From NCBI GenBank assembly GCA_001662655.1, contig KV460239.1: a stretch of DNA of 64,000 nt. One strand, given 5' to 3'. Each line of letters starts with the position of its first letter. The first letter of the stretch is position 1. This document shows, piece by piece, positions 48,001-60,600 of the stretch. The stretch comes from Pseudogymnoascus verrucosus (taxonomy: Eukaryota). Made by a program: the position numbers and the translations under genes. The notes beneath the pieces were generated by a model. That model searched no databases. It saw nothing but the letters and a program-made list of their open reading frames with translations, and was not told the DNA's origin.

Positions 48001-49280
48001 GAAACCGTTGGGGAGGGTGGAGATGGTAATCTCGAACGGCTCTTTCCATTGCGGCGTCGCCGCCGTGCAACGTCCCACTGCGCGCAGCCGTGCCGATGAC
48101 GAGTTTACAAGTAGCAACCCCGTGCTTGTGCCCTTATCTCCCCAGGTTGTACCACCCCTCACCCCTTTTTTCCCTCAGCTTTCTAGCATGTGAAAGTGTA
48201 ACCCTCCTTTTCTCTCTTCCTGCTATTTAAGGCAATCGCGAAGAATTTGGAGATTTCTCCAAATAAAAATGGGTTACCCCCTTACTATTTCCCCATTTTC
48301 GCATGTGACAAATCGTCATCTGTAAAAAATAGTCAACTTCTCCACATATCGTAGGTACGAAGAGAAAAAAAGCTATGGCCGCTCCACAAATCCAACTAAA
48401 TTTTTTGGAGAAATACTCCAACAAAACCCGGCTCCACCGGAAACTTGGCAGGGTGGTGGGTGTGGTGCCCGCTCGGCATTCAAAGCCGGGGCTTGTTCGA
48501 TTTCTGATTTTTGCTCCTTCCTTCGCCACGTTCTGGAAGCCCTGGCTCCGGATGAGAAGCCGAGGCGTACCTGCAGTTGGTGCCAGATTGGGGTGATGGC
48601 AGGGTATGGCGTCGAGATGGTCGATTGAGCTTTTGACACGGGGTTGAGCATCAGGTCTGTCACATGCGAATTGGGATACACGTGTAAGTGAGAGAAAGAT
48701 GATGTCGCTGTATACTACACGTATTCATACCGTGTCTCCGATGCATAGAGACGTCCGATGTAATAGGGGCGTCCGATGCATGAGGATGTCGGTATTCCTC
48801 AAGGTTTGCTGTTCCATCTCCCCCTGTCCAGCGTACCACCCGGGGTTCTCCTCTTCATCCATCTTCGCCTACATGGCATCTTCCGTCCCTATTCCTCTAT
48901 TTCCTGCGGTATCTATTCTCCGTTCCAGAGAGCGTTGTAGCGGCCCTTTCGTGCCGTTTCAACTCGTATTCCTGGGGCTCTTCGGATCCTGCCCAGATTC
49001 GTCCTATATTATATCGATACCGCATACCTGTTCGTACACGTCGCTGTCGCTATCGCTGCAGGAATGCTGGTGACCGTTGTGTGGTGCATGAGGCGCATTA
49101 CTGTGTTGGGCGGTGGCTGCATTTCTGTACCGGGTTCTTGAGTGCATCGGGGGTCCTTGCGATGCCAGATCTTGCATGAAGGTGTCTAGGCAGGTAGGTC
49201 TAGATCTCGTTGTCTATCTCGTCTGTTTCATATTACTCTATTCTGCTTTACCTTCCTTTAGTTGACCTTGCTCCGGCGGG

Positions 49281-49600
49281 GTTATGCATATATCTCATCG
49301 TTGTTCACATGTTGCGGGGTTGGTTCATGCGGTTCTTCAATATACATACTCTATACTCTGGTTGTCGGGGTCGGCGGCGTTGATTTCTACGCCATGTTAT
49401 GCGCAATATATTGCTGTCGTTCATGTCCCTTATATTGGGTTCTATATGTGTTCTATGTGTTCTATATGTGGTATGCATATATCTCCTCATTCACATGTTC
49501 GGGATTGACTTCTACGGGCCGTTGATATACTCTAGTCCTCGGGGTGGCCAATGTCGGTCTCTACATATTATGCGCAATATATTGATGTCGTTCATGTCTC
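49281..49600 (+). repeat. Degenerate direct duplication (~130-150 bp units, starts ~190 bp apart)
   Basis: Blocks ATGCATATATCTC..TTCACATGTT, TATACTCT and TTATGCGCAATATATTG[C/A]TGTCGTTCATGTC occur in both 49281-49430 and 49471-49600. Confidence 0.8.
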
Positions 49601-51040
49601 CTGCCTTAGGTTCCACAGCATTATCCTCAATCTATCTAGTTATTCGAGCCTCAACGGTGTAATCCTACAAAACTTCTCGCTCGGTCCTGCCACGGCCCTG
49701 CCCCGGCCCCGCTCCAGTGCTCTCCTGTGAGCTCATTGCCAGGATATCTGCCATGTTTACTTCGGTAAAACATGTCTCTGAGGCGGCCCGATGTGAGGGT
49801 CTCGATCGGTTATCGATGACAGGTATCAGATTGAGCTTTCAGTCTCAAAGTCTCTGACTCTGCATATTATCATGCCGAGAAGTACCAGTACGAGAGGTTC
49901 GAGGTCGTGTCAGTGAATGCGTCACAAGAAACTTAACCGATTGATAGAAGCACGAAGACGAAAGCGTCACGGCAACAGCCATAAGATGCATCTAGATTAC
50001 ACGTAGTTGAACAATATCTTGCACAACTGAGGGAATTATCGTGATGTTATGAGGCTGACTCGGCTTCAGCGACTCGTCAAACGCTCGATCGCCGCAGGGG
50101 ATATGTTCTGGCCCAGCCAGAATAAATCAACTTCTCGAATAGCAGTAGACTATACAACGCCAATATCGCTTTTAGTTGCCATTATCGTAGGTTTTAGAGC
50201 CTGAAATTTGTCTTATGGTAGATAGAGCTGCTTAGTAGGCTGCTTCGTGGTATATTGATATCACGTGACATCCTCTAACAATACTCGAGTATACTCGTAT
50301 ACCGTATTTGTACCCCTCACAATCCAATAACACCCCGCCAGCTCATTGTTCCTAAACACGGCCACGACGCGTTCAAAGATGTAAATAAGGTTGCAGACGT
50401 GGTTTCGCATGGCGCTGCAGAGTTACGTTGTATCAGGTTGGACAAAAACTTAGATTTCTGAATTTTCTGTAACTCAGCTCTCCTCAGCCCTTCTCAGCCT
50501 ATCGATGCTATGTTTGGGATTCGGCTTGTAACCGCCCGGGATCAGAGCTGAATATAGTTTATGGGCTGTAAGCGCTCGACTGGTCAGGGCTGAGTACCGC
50601 CTGGCAACCACCAGGAATCAGGCTGGCCTATCATCTTCCGATGCTGCCAATTCTTCCACGCATCATCCTCTAGAACGGTACACCATCGACGTGCTAGACA
50701 CAGTCAGGAACGGTCAGGGTCGCCCAGGGACGGCCAGGAACCACCAGATGCTGTTTTTATCCAGGCGTTAGAGACATTTAGAGACAACTCTAATCTCACG
50801 AGAGGCTGGTATGGGCGAATGAGAGTCGCCATGATTTCAATAAGCCTCCCGATTCCAAATGCTGGATCAGGAGGGTGTGATGATTCTCATTCGCCGCTCA
50901 TTCCCTACTTTCTTTAAACTCTAGGCATGTCCCATCGTGCGCTTTTCCCTTATCACATATTACTGCCTACCGTGCTTCATTTTCTTCGTGCTCAGTAAGA
51001 GGGGCTTCTGTGAAGCATTTGCAATGCGCTGCGCGCAATC

Positions 51041-52529
51041 ATGAGTCTGTTGAGCAGATACCTAGACGATGCGTATAATGCCTGGATGGGCTCGGTGATG
51101 GGCTGCTGCAGTGCACGGCCGAGGGATCCAGACCGAACTTCGATCCGAGGTAATGAAGCTTCACACATATCCGTCGGCATCTTCAAGATCTCAGACCACT
51201 GACGGTTACACAGGTTTCGAGAGCCACAACCCCCGCACCATCTATCACCACCAACCTCAACTCATCCCCGGGCCCTCCGTGCCTCTCCCCGAGAGCCGTC
51301 CGCATACCCGCTCCTCATCTCAAGAATGGATAACCCGCACCCGGAGCTTTGCCTCTCGCGCCTCCAGCAGGGGCAGCTACTCCCTCAAGCGCAAGCTGAA
51401 CATGTACAACGGCAGCACCACCAGCACAAAGCGTCCCTACATCAGCGCGCCCTCCGACTTCCGCCACGTCCAGCCCTCGCCCTCACCCCCACCACACCTA
51501 CCCCGCCGCAGCTTCCGCCCGCTAGAACTGAGCATCTACCTCCCCACAAACCAGCTCTCCCCCATTCTCCCACACTTCGATGACGACGCCGCTACCCCAC
51601 CCCGGCAAACGCACACCCGCAGCGTCTCGGCTCTGTCGAACTTCTCTATCCCCCGCAAGGCAGTCCCGTCATACTACCAGCGCCCCTCCTACGACGCCGA
51701 GTACTCAAGCGCTGACACAACTCCCGAGTCAGTCGCGGGGTCATTCACGCACCCACTCCGCCCACGCCCCAGTCTCCCAGGAAGCCTGAGCACGCAACAG
51801 CTCCTCGCAGCTCTCGACGACGAGCCGCTCAACTACCCACCCCCCGCACGCCTGCGCTCAAACACCGCAACCACCCTCCCCATCCTCAGCGAGCAAGTCG
51901 AGCGCGTGAAATCCGTTCTTCTTGAGCGCGAAGCCCTCGACAAGCGCATACGCGATGTAGACGGCCTGATCGAAGAGCGCAGAAGCATGTCTCTCAAAAG
52001 CCGGCCAGCAAGCATCTACACCTCTTCTGAAGGTTCGTCCCCCCGAATCTCCACCATCCCGCACCAAACTAACAACGTTCCAGAACCAATGCCCCACCTC
52101 ACATCTTCGGAAATCGAGCGTCTCCGCCCTCGCACCACCACCCCCCTCCACTCCCCCTCCTCAACAACATCCTACACCTCTATCCCCCCTCCCCCCCTCC
52201 CACTCCTCCTCCCGCGCCCACCTCTCAGAAAGAAAAAATCCTTCTCCCGCGTCTCAACCTGGCTCTCCGGCGGACACAGCCGCCACCTCTCTCTCGATAG
52301 CGTGACGAACGCGCCCGTCCCCGTGACAGCACGTGATGGCTTCTACCAGTGCGTTGATGCGAGGCTGGGTCGGGGGAGTTTGAGTAGTATCGGGTCTGCG
52401 TCCGGGGAGGATCTGACGGGGCCGACGAGCTGGACGAGTGTGTCGGAGGTGGGGACGTTGGTTAAGGGGGTGGAGGGGGAGGCGGAACGGTTGGGGTTGA
52501 GGGCTTCGAGGGTGGGGGTTGCTTTTTGA
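51041..52529 (+). CDS. Hypothetical protein with semi-CRIB-like motif (ISAPSDFRHV), short coiled coil and Pro-rich segment
   Basis: Exons 51041-51149, 51214-52032 and 52084-52529 (second intron 51 nt, in frame). Distinctive blocks FRPLELSIYLPTNQLSPIL, PPLRKKKSFSRVSTWL and SLDSVTNAP..GFYQCV. Confidence 0.8.
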
Positions 52530-53143
52530 TTTGATACCCGGGGGTTGTAATGGTAATGGTAGATTTTGACGGGAGGGGGTTGGTTTTTGGCGCGCTGGAC
52601 GATGTCGATACCCCTTGAAGTGAGTTAAAATGGGAGGATTTGTGTATAGCTGCGATGGCTTCGCAGGTTTGGTTGGACCGGCTGTGGCCCGGGTTTGGAT
52701 ACCATATATTATTATAATAATACTCCGTCTGTACAACACAAAGGATGTTTTTTCTTACTTCTATATATCCTTCCATTTCTGGTTCCATCCCGCCTTTGAC
52801 CTTGAGAAGTACAGCCCTGAGAAACTTCATTTTCTCGATACTACCGGGGCTCTTATTGTCTTCCTCTTTTGAGAATTTCTTCCTCCGTCTGTGGGCGATC
52901 CTTCTCCACTATCTATAAACTCCTCAGCGTCGAACTTCTTTGATGCTGCCCATTTATAGCTGGAACTAGAGCTAGAACTAGCTATCCGACCTGCATGCTA
53001 GAGTCTGCTGTATCTGAGAGCAGCCGGGCTTTAAGCCGTGATGCAAAGATATGGCTAGAGCACAGGGGTTCGCACGTAACACAAGTTATCACAGTGAAGA
53101 TTTGCCGGTGGCCAGATATCGTGCTTACAGCCTCTTCTTTGCC

Positions 53144-53228
53144 GTCGTCAAACTTCTGTCACCGTCGAACCTCTATCACCACCGAACCTCTATCGCCACC
53201 GAACCTCTGTCATCACCGTAGCCTCTCA
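53144..53228 (+). repeat. 17-bp tandem repeat x~5
   Basis: gtcgtcaaacttctgtc / accgtcgaacctctatc / accaccgaacctctatc / gccaccgaacctctgtc / atcaccgtagcctctc. Confidence 0.8.
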
Positions 53229-53770
53229 CCACGATAAACATTTCTCACCGCCGCCTGTGCCCCGTTCTTGGTTGTGATATGTCTTCGCCGTCGTGTCTAC
53301 AATCGACTGTGGCAATAATTGTGTAGAAACATTTGACGGCTTAGCCATAATTACTCCTCATCATCGCTAACTTCGTCGTCTTCATTTCCCCTACTGGTCT
53401 CTGCAGTTTGGTAACAGTCGAGGATCGTCCCTAATCTCTCGCCCTCTTCCAAAGGTCACCAAACCGCTCTACGTGAACGTTGAACTCACCCCCGACGTTA
53501 AACTCACCCCAACGTTTCCGCCTCGTCTTGGAAGGGTTTATTAATTCAGCGTTGAAATTTAAATTATTAAGAATCGATTCAGGTGACAAAATATATTGGT
53601 TCTGCTGTTAGTTGGCTGCCGAACGTGGTTGCGTTAAGGAAAGGAATGTGGAAAGTGCCTCGATGGGAACCAGTGTTCGTTTATATTCCTAATTACGTAC
53701 AGACAAGACCCAGATAGTTCAGGACTCTTCCTCTCTGAACCCCTTGCATCCCCTACCTACTGCCCTATAA

Positions 53771-55376
53771 TTAAGGAGACAGTGGCAGGCCAACCCGTTC
53801 ACCCATTGCCTCCTCGCCACGCGCATCCCCATCCTCCCCCCCACCCCGAGGTGTCTCCCCTCCACTTCCTTCTCCTTCCCCCTCCCACCCTTCTTCCTCC
53901 TCCGTCTCCGTCTCCTCCTCCGGAACAACAAGCACATCCTCACTCCCCTGGGTCTGCGGTCCCAACAACGGCATCCCAACTTCATCTCCCTCATCCCATC
54001 CATAATCATCATCTCCCAGCCGCACTCCCCCTTCCAGAATCTCTTCTGCTTTGCGTTTTCGGCCGCTTACGAGCTCCCGGTCGCCCTCCATGATTGGCGC
54101 GTCTTCAATGCCATTCTACACTCCGTCAGCACCAGGCCACCACCAAAGTAAATAGAAGAAAAGAGGAAAGAGTGGAGGGAAATGAAAGAAAAATAATCAC
54201 ATACCGCCGTAACAACAAACCCCCCAACCCTCCCCTCAACCCCCCTCCCCCCTCTCCTAACAACCCTCACAAACCTCCCCCCTCCCTCCCTCCAAAGCAC
54301 CACCCGTCCCCCCACACCCCCCTCCCAAGCCGCCCCCCCAATCGCCGGTACCAACGCCGCCGGTCCATGTGGTTGCAGCTGCGTAACCGTCTGTGAGAGG
54401 ACCAGCAGGGCGATATGTGAGGTTGCTGCGAGGCGGCGGAGGGCATTGATTAGGGGGGTTATAGGGTTAGATGTGGATGTGGAGGGGGTGTGTTGACGGA
54501 TGGGGGGTGGGGGGAGAAGGGAGGAGGGGGAGGAGAGGATTAGCAGGCTTGTGCGTGGGGGGAGAGGGTGGGCGAGGAGAGCGAGGAGGTGCGGGAGGGT
54601 GGGGGGGGTGAAGGTTGTTAAGTTTTTGAGGAGGGTGGAGGCGGTGGGGGGTGGGGAGGGTGATGGGTGGGGTGGTTGTGATGGTGGTTGTGATGCTGCT
54701 TCAGAAGTTGTAGTGGCGAAGGAAGCGGCGAGGACAGCTTCAAGCCGTGGACCCGGAAGGGGATGGCCCGCATCTGCGGATGTTAGCTTAATATCAAAAA
54801 GGGAATGTAGATGGAGAAGAGCGTTGCTGAGAGTAGTAAGCCGCCCGCCCCAGCTTAACAGGCTACAACCAAGAACCGCCAAGCTCATTCTCGGTCTCCA
54901 AGCACAAAAAGAACCAACTCACCAACCCACACAACCCCCTCCCCCCTCCTCAACGCCGCAACAGCAAATTGCAATCTACCCCCAAAAACCATCAGCATTT
55001 CATCCTCAACTCCCTTTCCTCCCTTCCCCAAGAAGAAGACCACGGAAAGAAACCCACTCACCCAAACCCCCTCTTCCCCACCCCCGGCGCCCCAAAAACC
55101 TCCATCACCTCCCCCCTCCTAACCCCCAACAGCGCATCCAACCCTTCCACCCCCATCTTCACATCCTCCTCCGCTCTCTGCGCCGCGAGTGCTTGGGCTG
55201 CCGTTTGCGTTGGGAGGCGGTCTGGGTTCTTTGTCAGCACTTGTCCAATCCTGCAGCGGGGGGGAGACAGTGGGGAGGTGCGGAAAGGGGGGGGGAATGG
55301 GAAGGTGGGACAAACGCGTGCTTGGTGGTGGGGGTGAGGGGTTAGGCGCCGTGGCGGCGGCGGAGGCAGATGCCAT
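53771..55376 (-). CDS. RecA/Rad51 paralog, Rad55/Rhp55-like, with degenerate Walker motifs
   Basis: Exons 55376-55316, 55221-55062, 54975-54923, 54773-54205 and 54115-53771. Motifs: HRLPTQTAAQAL, GLDALLGVRRGEVMEVFGAPGVGKRGFGLQFA..VVWVDAG, PTLPHLLALL, ALRRLAATSHIALLVLSQ, LVPAIGGAAWEGG, and an acidic tail with DDYGW..QGSED. Confidence 0.8.
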
Positions 55377-55964
55377 GTGGCGGCGGGGCGCACGTGTTGT
55401 GGAGAGTTGTGGCGAGTTGTTGTTTGGGATGGGTGATTGGGGAGGTTTTGCGGGGAGTTGTGGTTCTTGGGTTTAGAGTTGATGTTTGGGGGTGGTGGGG
55501 ATAGATGGGGTGGATGGGTATTGTGGATGATGGGGTTATAAGTTTTGGGGATCGGGACGCGTCTTGGGGTTTGGGGAAAATTATTATGATATTGGGGTAT
55601 TGGGGAAAATCAACATCTTCACGCAACCACGGGAACTTTTCCCTTCATTTATTTGATCAGAATGCACTTTATAAAAACGATATAACGGAACCAGTATTTT
55701 AATTATGCACAATTTTTGGATTTTAGTCTAATCATTTCGAGGGACATAAACAATCATCTCTATCTATAAACCCCCACCAACCAAAGCCAGAAGAGCCACC
55801 GAGGCCCCCCAAAAACAAAAACCACACAAACCAAGCAAGCAACAATGCTAATCTACAGGACGACACACATTAACAAAAAATATGCCCTCCCAAGTCTCTT
55901 TATCCCCTCCCAATCTTTTGCCCAAAGTTCTTTGTTTTTTTGTGGTATACACGAGAAGGAGAGT

Positions 55965-56076
55965 CTAAATGAAGTCTAAGTTGGAGAGGTTGCCGTATAT
56001 GGGCATAGAGCCCCGTCCGTTCGCCATCGATCCCATCTCCTCGCTAGCAGGCTGCTGCTGCTGCTGTTGCTGCTGT

Positions 56077-56108
<32 letters not shown>

Positions 56109-57637
56109 CATGGAGCTGCCATTACCCTGACCCGGGTATTCATAGTGCTGTCCGTAAGGAGGACCGCCGTGACCGTACTGGTGACCATTCTGGCCGCTTG
56201 GGGGTCCCTGGTGGCTGTACTGCTGCTGGCCGTTGTGGCCGTTGGAGATACCGCCGTGGTGACCGTTGGGGATAGGGTAGGCGGCGAGCTGCGGGTTCAT
56301 GGACGCCATTGTGCTAGGGATCTCGCCCATGGTGCTGGGGATCTCGCCGTTGTAGTTCTGTTCGAAGCTAGTGCGACCGGAGCCGCTGCGCGAAGGACCG
56401 GCCATGGTGCGCCTGTCGCGCCCGTCATTGCTGCCGATTCTCTTGATGCTGCTGGCCCGGGAGAGGTGACCCTGAGACAGCTGGTCGTCTTGGGGGGTTG
56501 CCTGGCCATCGGGCATGCGTCCATCCGCCATGAGGTTGTATGGGTGGAGACCAGGGTCCGTGGGGACGCCGTTCAACACGTTCATGTTTCTCATCATATC
56601 TCCTTCAGTCGCGGCTGGGAGGGTATTTTTGTGGGCGGGCTGGTTCTTCTTCAAATGAGACTGCGCGTGGGACAAATGGCTGGCCCCGGTGGGGTTTCCA
56701 CGGCGGATCGAGCATTTTTGGAAGTGGCGCTTGAGGATATCGGACCTGGAAAACGTATCGCGGCAAAGAACGCACATATATGGGCGGTCGCCGGTGTCTA
56801 ATGGTGGAGTTAGCATCAATCAATCACACGTAAAACATTTTGTTTTGAAAACTTACGTCTGAGAAGATGGCGCTTTAGATGTTTCGCGTGCAGGTATGTC
56901 TTCACACAATGAGGGCAAGGGAACTTTCCATCGGCATCCTTGGCCGGGATTTGGGCATTCTTGCTCGCGCCTGGGCCGGTGGCAGTGACAGTAGGGCGTC
57001 CGGGAGCACTGGGAAGGATGCCTCTGCGACCTTGCGATCCAACAACGTGTGTGGGGACCTCTTCATGCGGAGGGCCCTGTTGCCCGTAGGGAGATCCCAT
57101 ACCCCCTTGCATCTGCTGATGCATCGGGTGCTGAGCGTGCAATGGTGTAGATGGGTTCATAGGACGCAATGGCACCAGACGGTTATGAGTTGGTCCCGGC
57201 GCAGGCGCAATTGCTTGCGGGTGCGGATGAGACATCGACATGGAGCCCTGGGGCATCATGCCCGAGGAATTGCTGCTGTATGGCTGAATGGGCTGCTGGT
57301 ACGATGAGTTCGGCTGGAGGTGGTACTGGCGAGGAGCGGGCTGGCTGCTCATCTGCTGGAATCCCCCATTGCCCGTCGATCCAGGTGTGTTGGGCTGGGT
57401 CGAGGTCGGAGTGTGTGGCGCGCTCAGCGGCTGCCCATACATGGAGTGCATGGACAACGCGGCATGCTGAGCCTGCAACGGCGGCAGCGTCTGAGGTGGC
57501 AACGACGCGTTTTGTTGAAGCTGCTGGGGGGCTATCGAAGGCAGCGACGAGTATATCGAGGATGAGGTGGTCGGGAGGTTGCTGCTCGAAGACTTGTTGT
57601 TGTTGTTGTTGCTGCTACTATTGGCATATTGATCCAT
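55965..57637 (-). CDS. nsdC: C2H2/C2HC zinc-finger developmental transcription factor, NsdC-like
   Basis: Exons 57637-56857 and 56797-55965. HVVGSQGRRGILPSAPGRP; DADGKFPCPHCVKTYLHAKHLKRHLLRHTGDRPYMCVLCRDTFSRSDILKRHFQKCSIRRGNPTG. The zinc-finger factor is secure; the nsdC name comes from recalled motif similarity. Confidence 0.75.
56052..56108 (-). repeat. CAG/CAA tract encoding 19 consecutive Gln in the nsdC-like protein
   Basis: Read directly from the sequence. Confidence 0.95.
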
Positions 57638-60600
57638 GATCGTCGATTGTTCGATGTACGTGAAGAGAAGTCCTTGGGACGTGTCTTTCAGTCGTAGAAT
57701 AAAAGAGAGGTCTACTAATTGTTTGACCCCGCCTTGTGTTCGCGCCTGGGCTTGGAGCGATGTAAAAGATCAGAAAGTACTTGGCCCAACCGTCATGCTA
57801 TTTCGCGTTTTCTCTGCGTTGAAGATTTTCCGAGGATTTTCTCCGGGAAGGCCGTTGTAGCACAAAGAGATTGTGCTGTGTGTGAGGCGATAACGGCGAA
57901 AACAACGTGTTTATGCGATAAACGCACGTCTAGAAAGGTAAAAGGTGGATCGAAAATGAGCGACAGCGAAGAACCACAGGGCGTCTATTAGGATCGGATT
58001 GAGGCTCAAAACGTGCACTGGAGCACTTTCAAGTTCTTTTTCGCGATTGTGTTGATGGATAGAGTTAAAGAGTGGAGACTCAAGGGGAGAAATGGGGATT
58101 GGGGGGGGCGCGTTGGGTTGTCAAGAGATTCAAAGAGGGCCCGGGTCACGACTATTAAGTTTTAGGAGAAAAAAAAGTATTGGGGGCGTTTCTTTTGGAG
58201 GGTAGGGAACGAGGGCGAAGGCGGATAGAATTCAATCTAAGAGAACTAGAGAGAACTAAGAGGACTAAGAAGACTGGGAGGACTAAATTGAACACATTCG
58301 CCCCCAGATGACAACGATTGGCGGCAGGCAAGACCAAGAAGAGAAAAAAAAATCTAACAGAGCAACGACGATGGGCCTATGGGAAGGGGGATAGGGAGTT
58401 TACTCGAGTAGCCAAGAGGCAAAATTGGGCAAGAAAGGGCAGATAAAGTACCAATTTTCCAATATTATGTTATTTAGGGGCATAGGTTCAGGGCAAAAGG
58501 GCAAGTAAGATACAAATACATACAGTACGAGAGTATCAGCACTTCCCTATTTCATATTTCTATTTCCTGTTTCCTACCTCTTCTCTACCTCTCTCACAGG
58601 CAGGACATATGCTGTATACCCTCCAAACTTTGAAGATATTGGTTCGCCAGGTAGCCCCTAAGTCATGCTACTTTCAACCACGCCGCAGGAAGCAGCAAGC
58701 AGTTGCATTTGCCAGTGCTTTTTGTAAGTACCGCGCCCGAAGAGCGGCGAATTTCCGAAGTTAGATGACGAATATCCCAGTCCGCATCCCCTAGTCTTCC
58801 TAGTGTCTCTCTTAGTCTCCGACAAGCCCTGGTCTGTAGACGAGATCGTTGGGAACTATTGCACTATTATTGCAACGCCGAGGGACTCTGGCCCTTCAGG
58901 GCTTAAACTACACGAGAAGAGAGGTATAATAAGCGGTAAATCGTGTAAATCGTGCGTGCGTTCGCGGCCGAAGAGGGAGTATTTACTCGAGCTCGAGTCC
59001 AGAGAGAGTCCAGAGCAGAGCACACACACGGAGTACGCCGTATATCAAAGCAACCTGATACGAGCTTACAGTACTGTATGATGCGATGCGTCGTTATGAG
59101 CGTACGAGTCTACCAGTCTACGGCCTATATTCGGGTGGCAGTGGCGATACAGCGAATGCACCGAGAACCATCAACATTCCCATTGTTCCCCCTATCCAAT
59201 TTCCCCTTTCCGTGTCTGAGTGTCTAAGAACGCCCACACAGTCCCCAATCAGCCCTCACAAACAAAATAAAAAAGTCTCGGGAACTGAACGACGCGACTC
59301 AGACATTCGACTCGCGCAGCAAGTATGCAAATATGCAAAAATATGCCCATGAAACGTCCCTGCTGTGTACCGATTGTATGTATACTATACTATAGCAGTA
59401 CACAAGCACTACATACCTTGGAGTACAGTACGCTCTTGGCTCTTGACTCGGTGCTAAATCTCTCTTGGACTTCGGCTGCGCCGTTCTACGCCCGTCTCCA
59501 ACTACCGGTTCTTGCAAGGTCTGCGCAGACTATTCTAAATGGAGCATCGCAAAATGAGATTCACGAAGCTGTGCGTACCAATGTGCATACCAACCGTGCG
59601 CCCCTTAGTGTATGGGAAGGGTATCTGCGCCGGGTTCTACTCGCAAATCTGCCCCATACTCTTATTGGCAAGCCGAGGAGATATTGCACAGTAGTGAGCT
59701 AGTGAAGTAGTGAACAAGGAGTAAACAGTAGTGAATATCTTCCCGTGTACAAACTTGGCACTGTCCAGGTCAATCACTCTTTTATCAATCTCGGTATCCC
59801 AGGCTGATTGGAAGATAATCAACCCGTCTCAGCTTCAATGACGGCTCAATCCCTCAAATCTGTACTGTATTTCGCCGCCGGACGGATGGGATGGGCTATA
59901 TCCTGACCCGAACACTTTCTCACAAACCTCGCCATTTACTTCACCACCGTTGCACATCTTGGTTTGTTTCAGAAGTGTTCTTATCAAAACATGCTCATGC
60001 TGCTGATCCTTTCTTCAACTCGCTGCAAGACTTCGCCTGGATGATCAATCGTATCCCAGTCTCGAAATGATGTCAGATTTAAGACCAGGGGTGCCACCGC
60101 GATCTCATTTCTCAAACCCTCCCGCTCGCCATTATCCAATTTCACACAGGTCAGTTGACCTTATTGCTTATGTCCGCAAAGGGAAAGCAACCGAATCCTA
60201 TTGTTTTGGAAGTCTTGTCATGTCCCATTATCTTTCATATCTTCATATCAATCCTCCCGTATAACTTATAATTCGTGTGTGTCTGTCTGGTGTAGGGATT
60301 ATAATTATCAATGGTCCCCAGCGATGTTACCTTGCCATATGCCGGGATCCGAAACAACCCGGCTCAGCGAGTCCGCCACTCGTAAACTTACCATGTCCCC
60401 GGCGCGAAGCCATCTAAAAACATGCATCCTGCAACCCTCGACGTCCAGCAACCATTGGCTCCTGATGCGCCATCTGGTCAAGCGTCCTTGGTTTCGAACA
60501 AGGGCCAAATCACCAGTTCGTCAAGGACTGCTCCAAACCTGCGCTACTACTGTACTCCCATGTCCGCGATGACCCCTGCTTTGTTACCGCTTTGCCAATG

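Noticed and set aside
52462..53520. Protein-like minus-strand fragments between the semi-CRIB gene and the RAD55-like gene
   Set aside because: Interrupted by stops and a non-3n 17-bp repeat. I could not build a consistent gene; a relic cannot be excluded.
57700..58020. Possible 5'UTR introns or a twin intron in the nsdC-like leader
   Set aside because: There is a plausible acceptor at ~57930 but no convincing matching donor.
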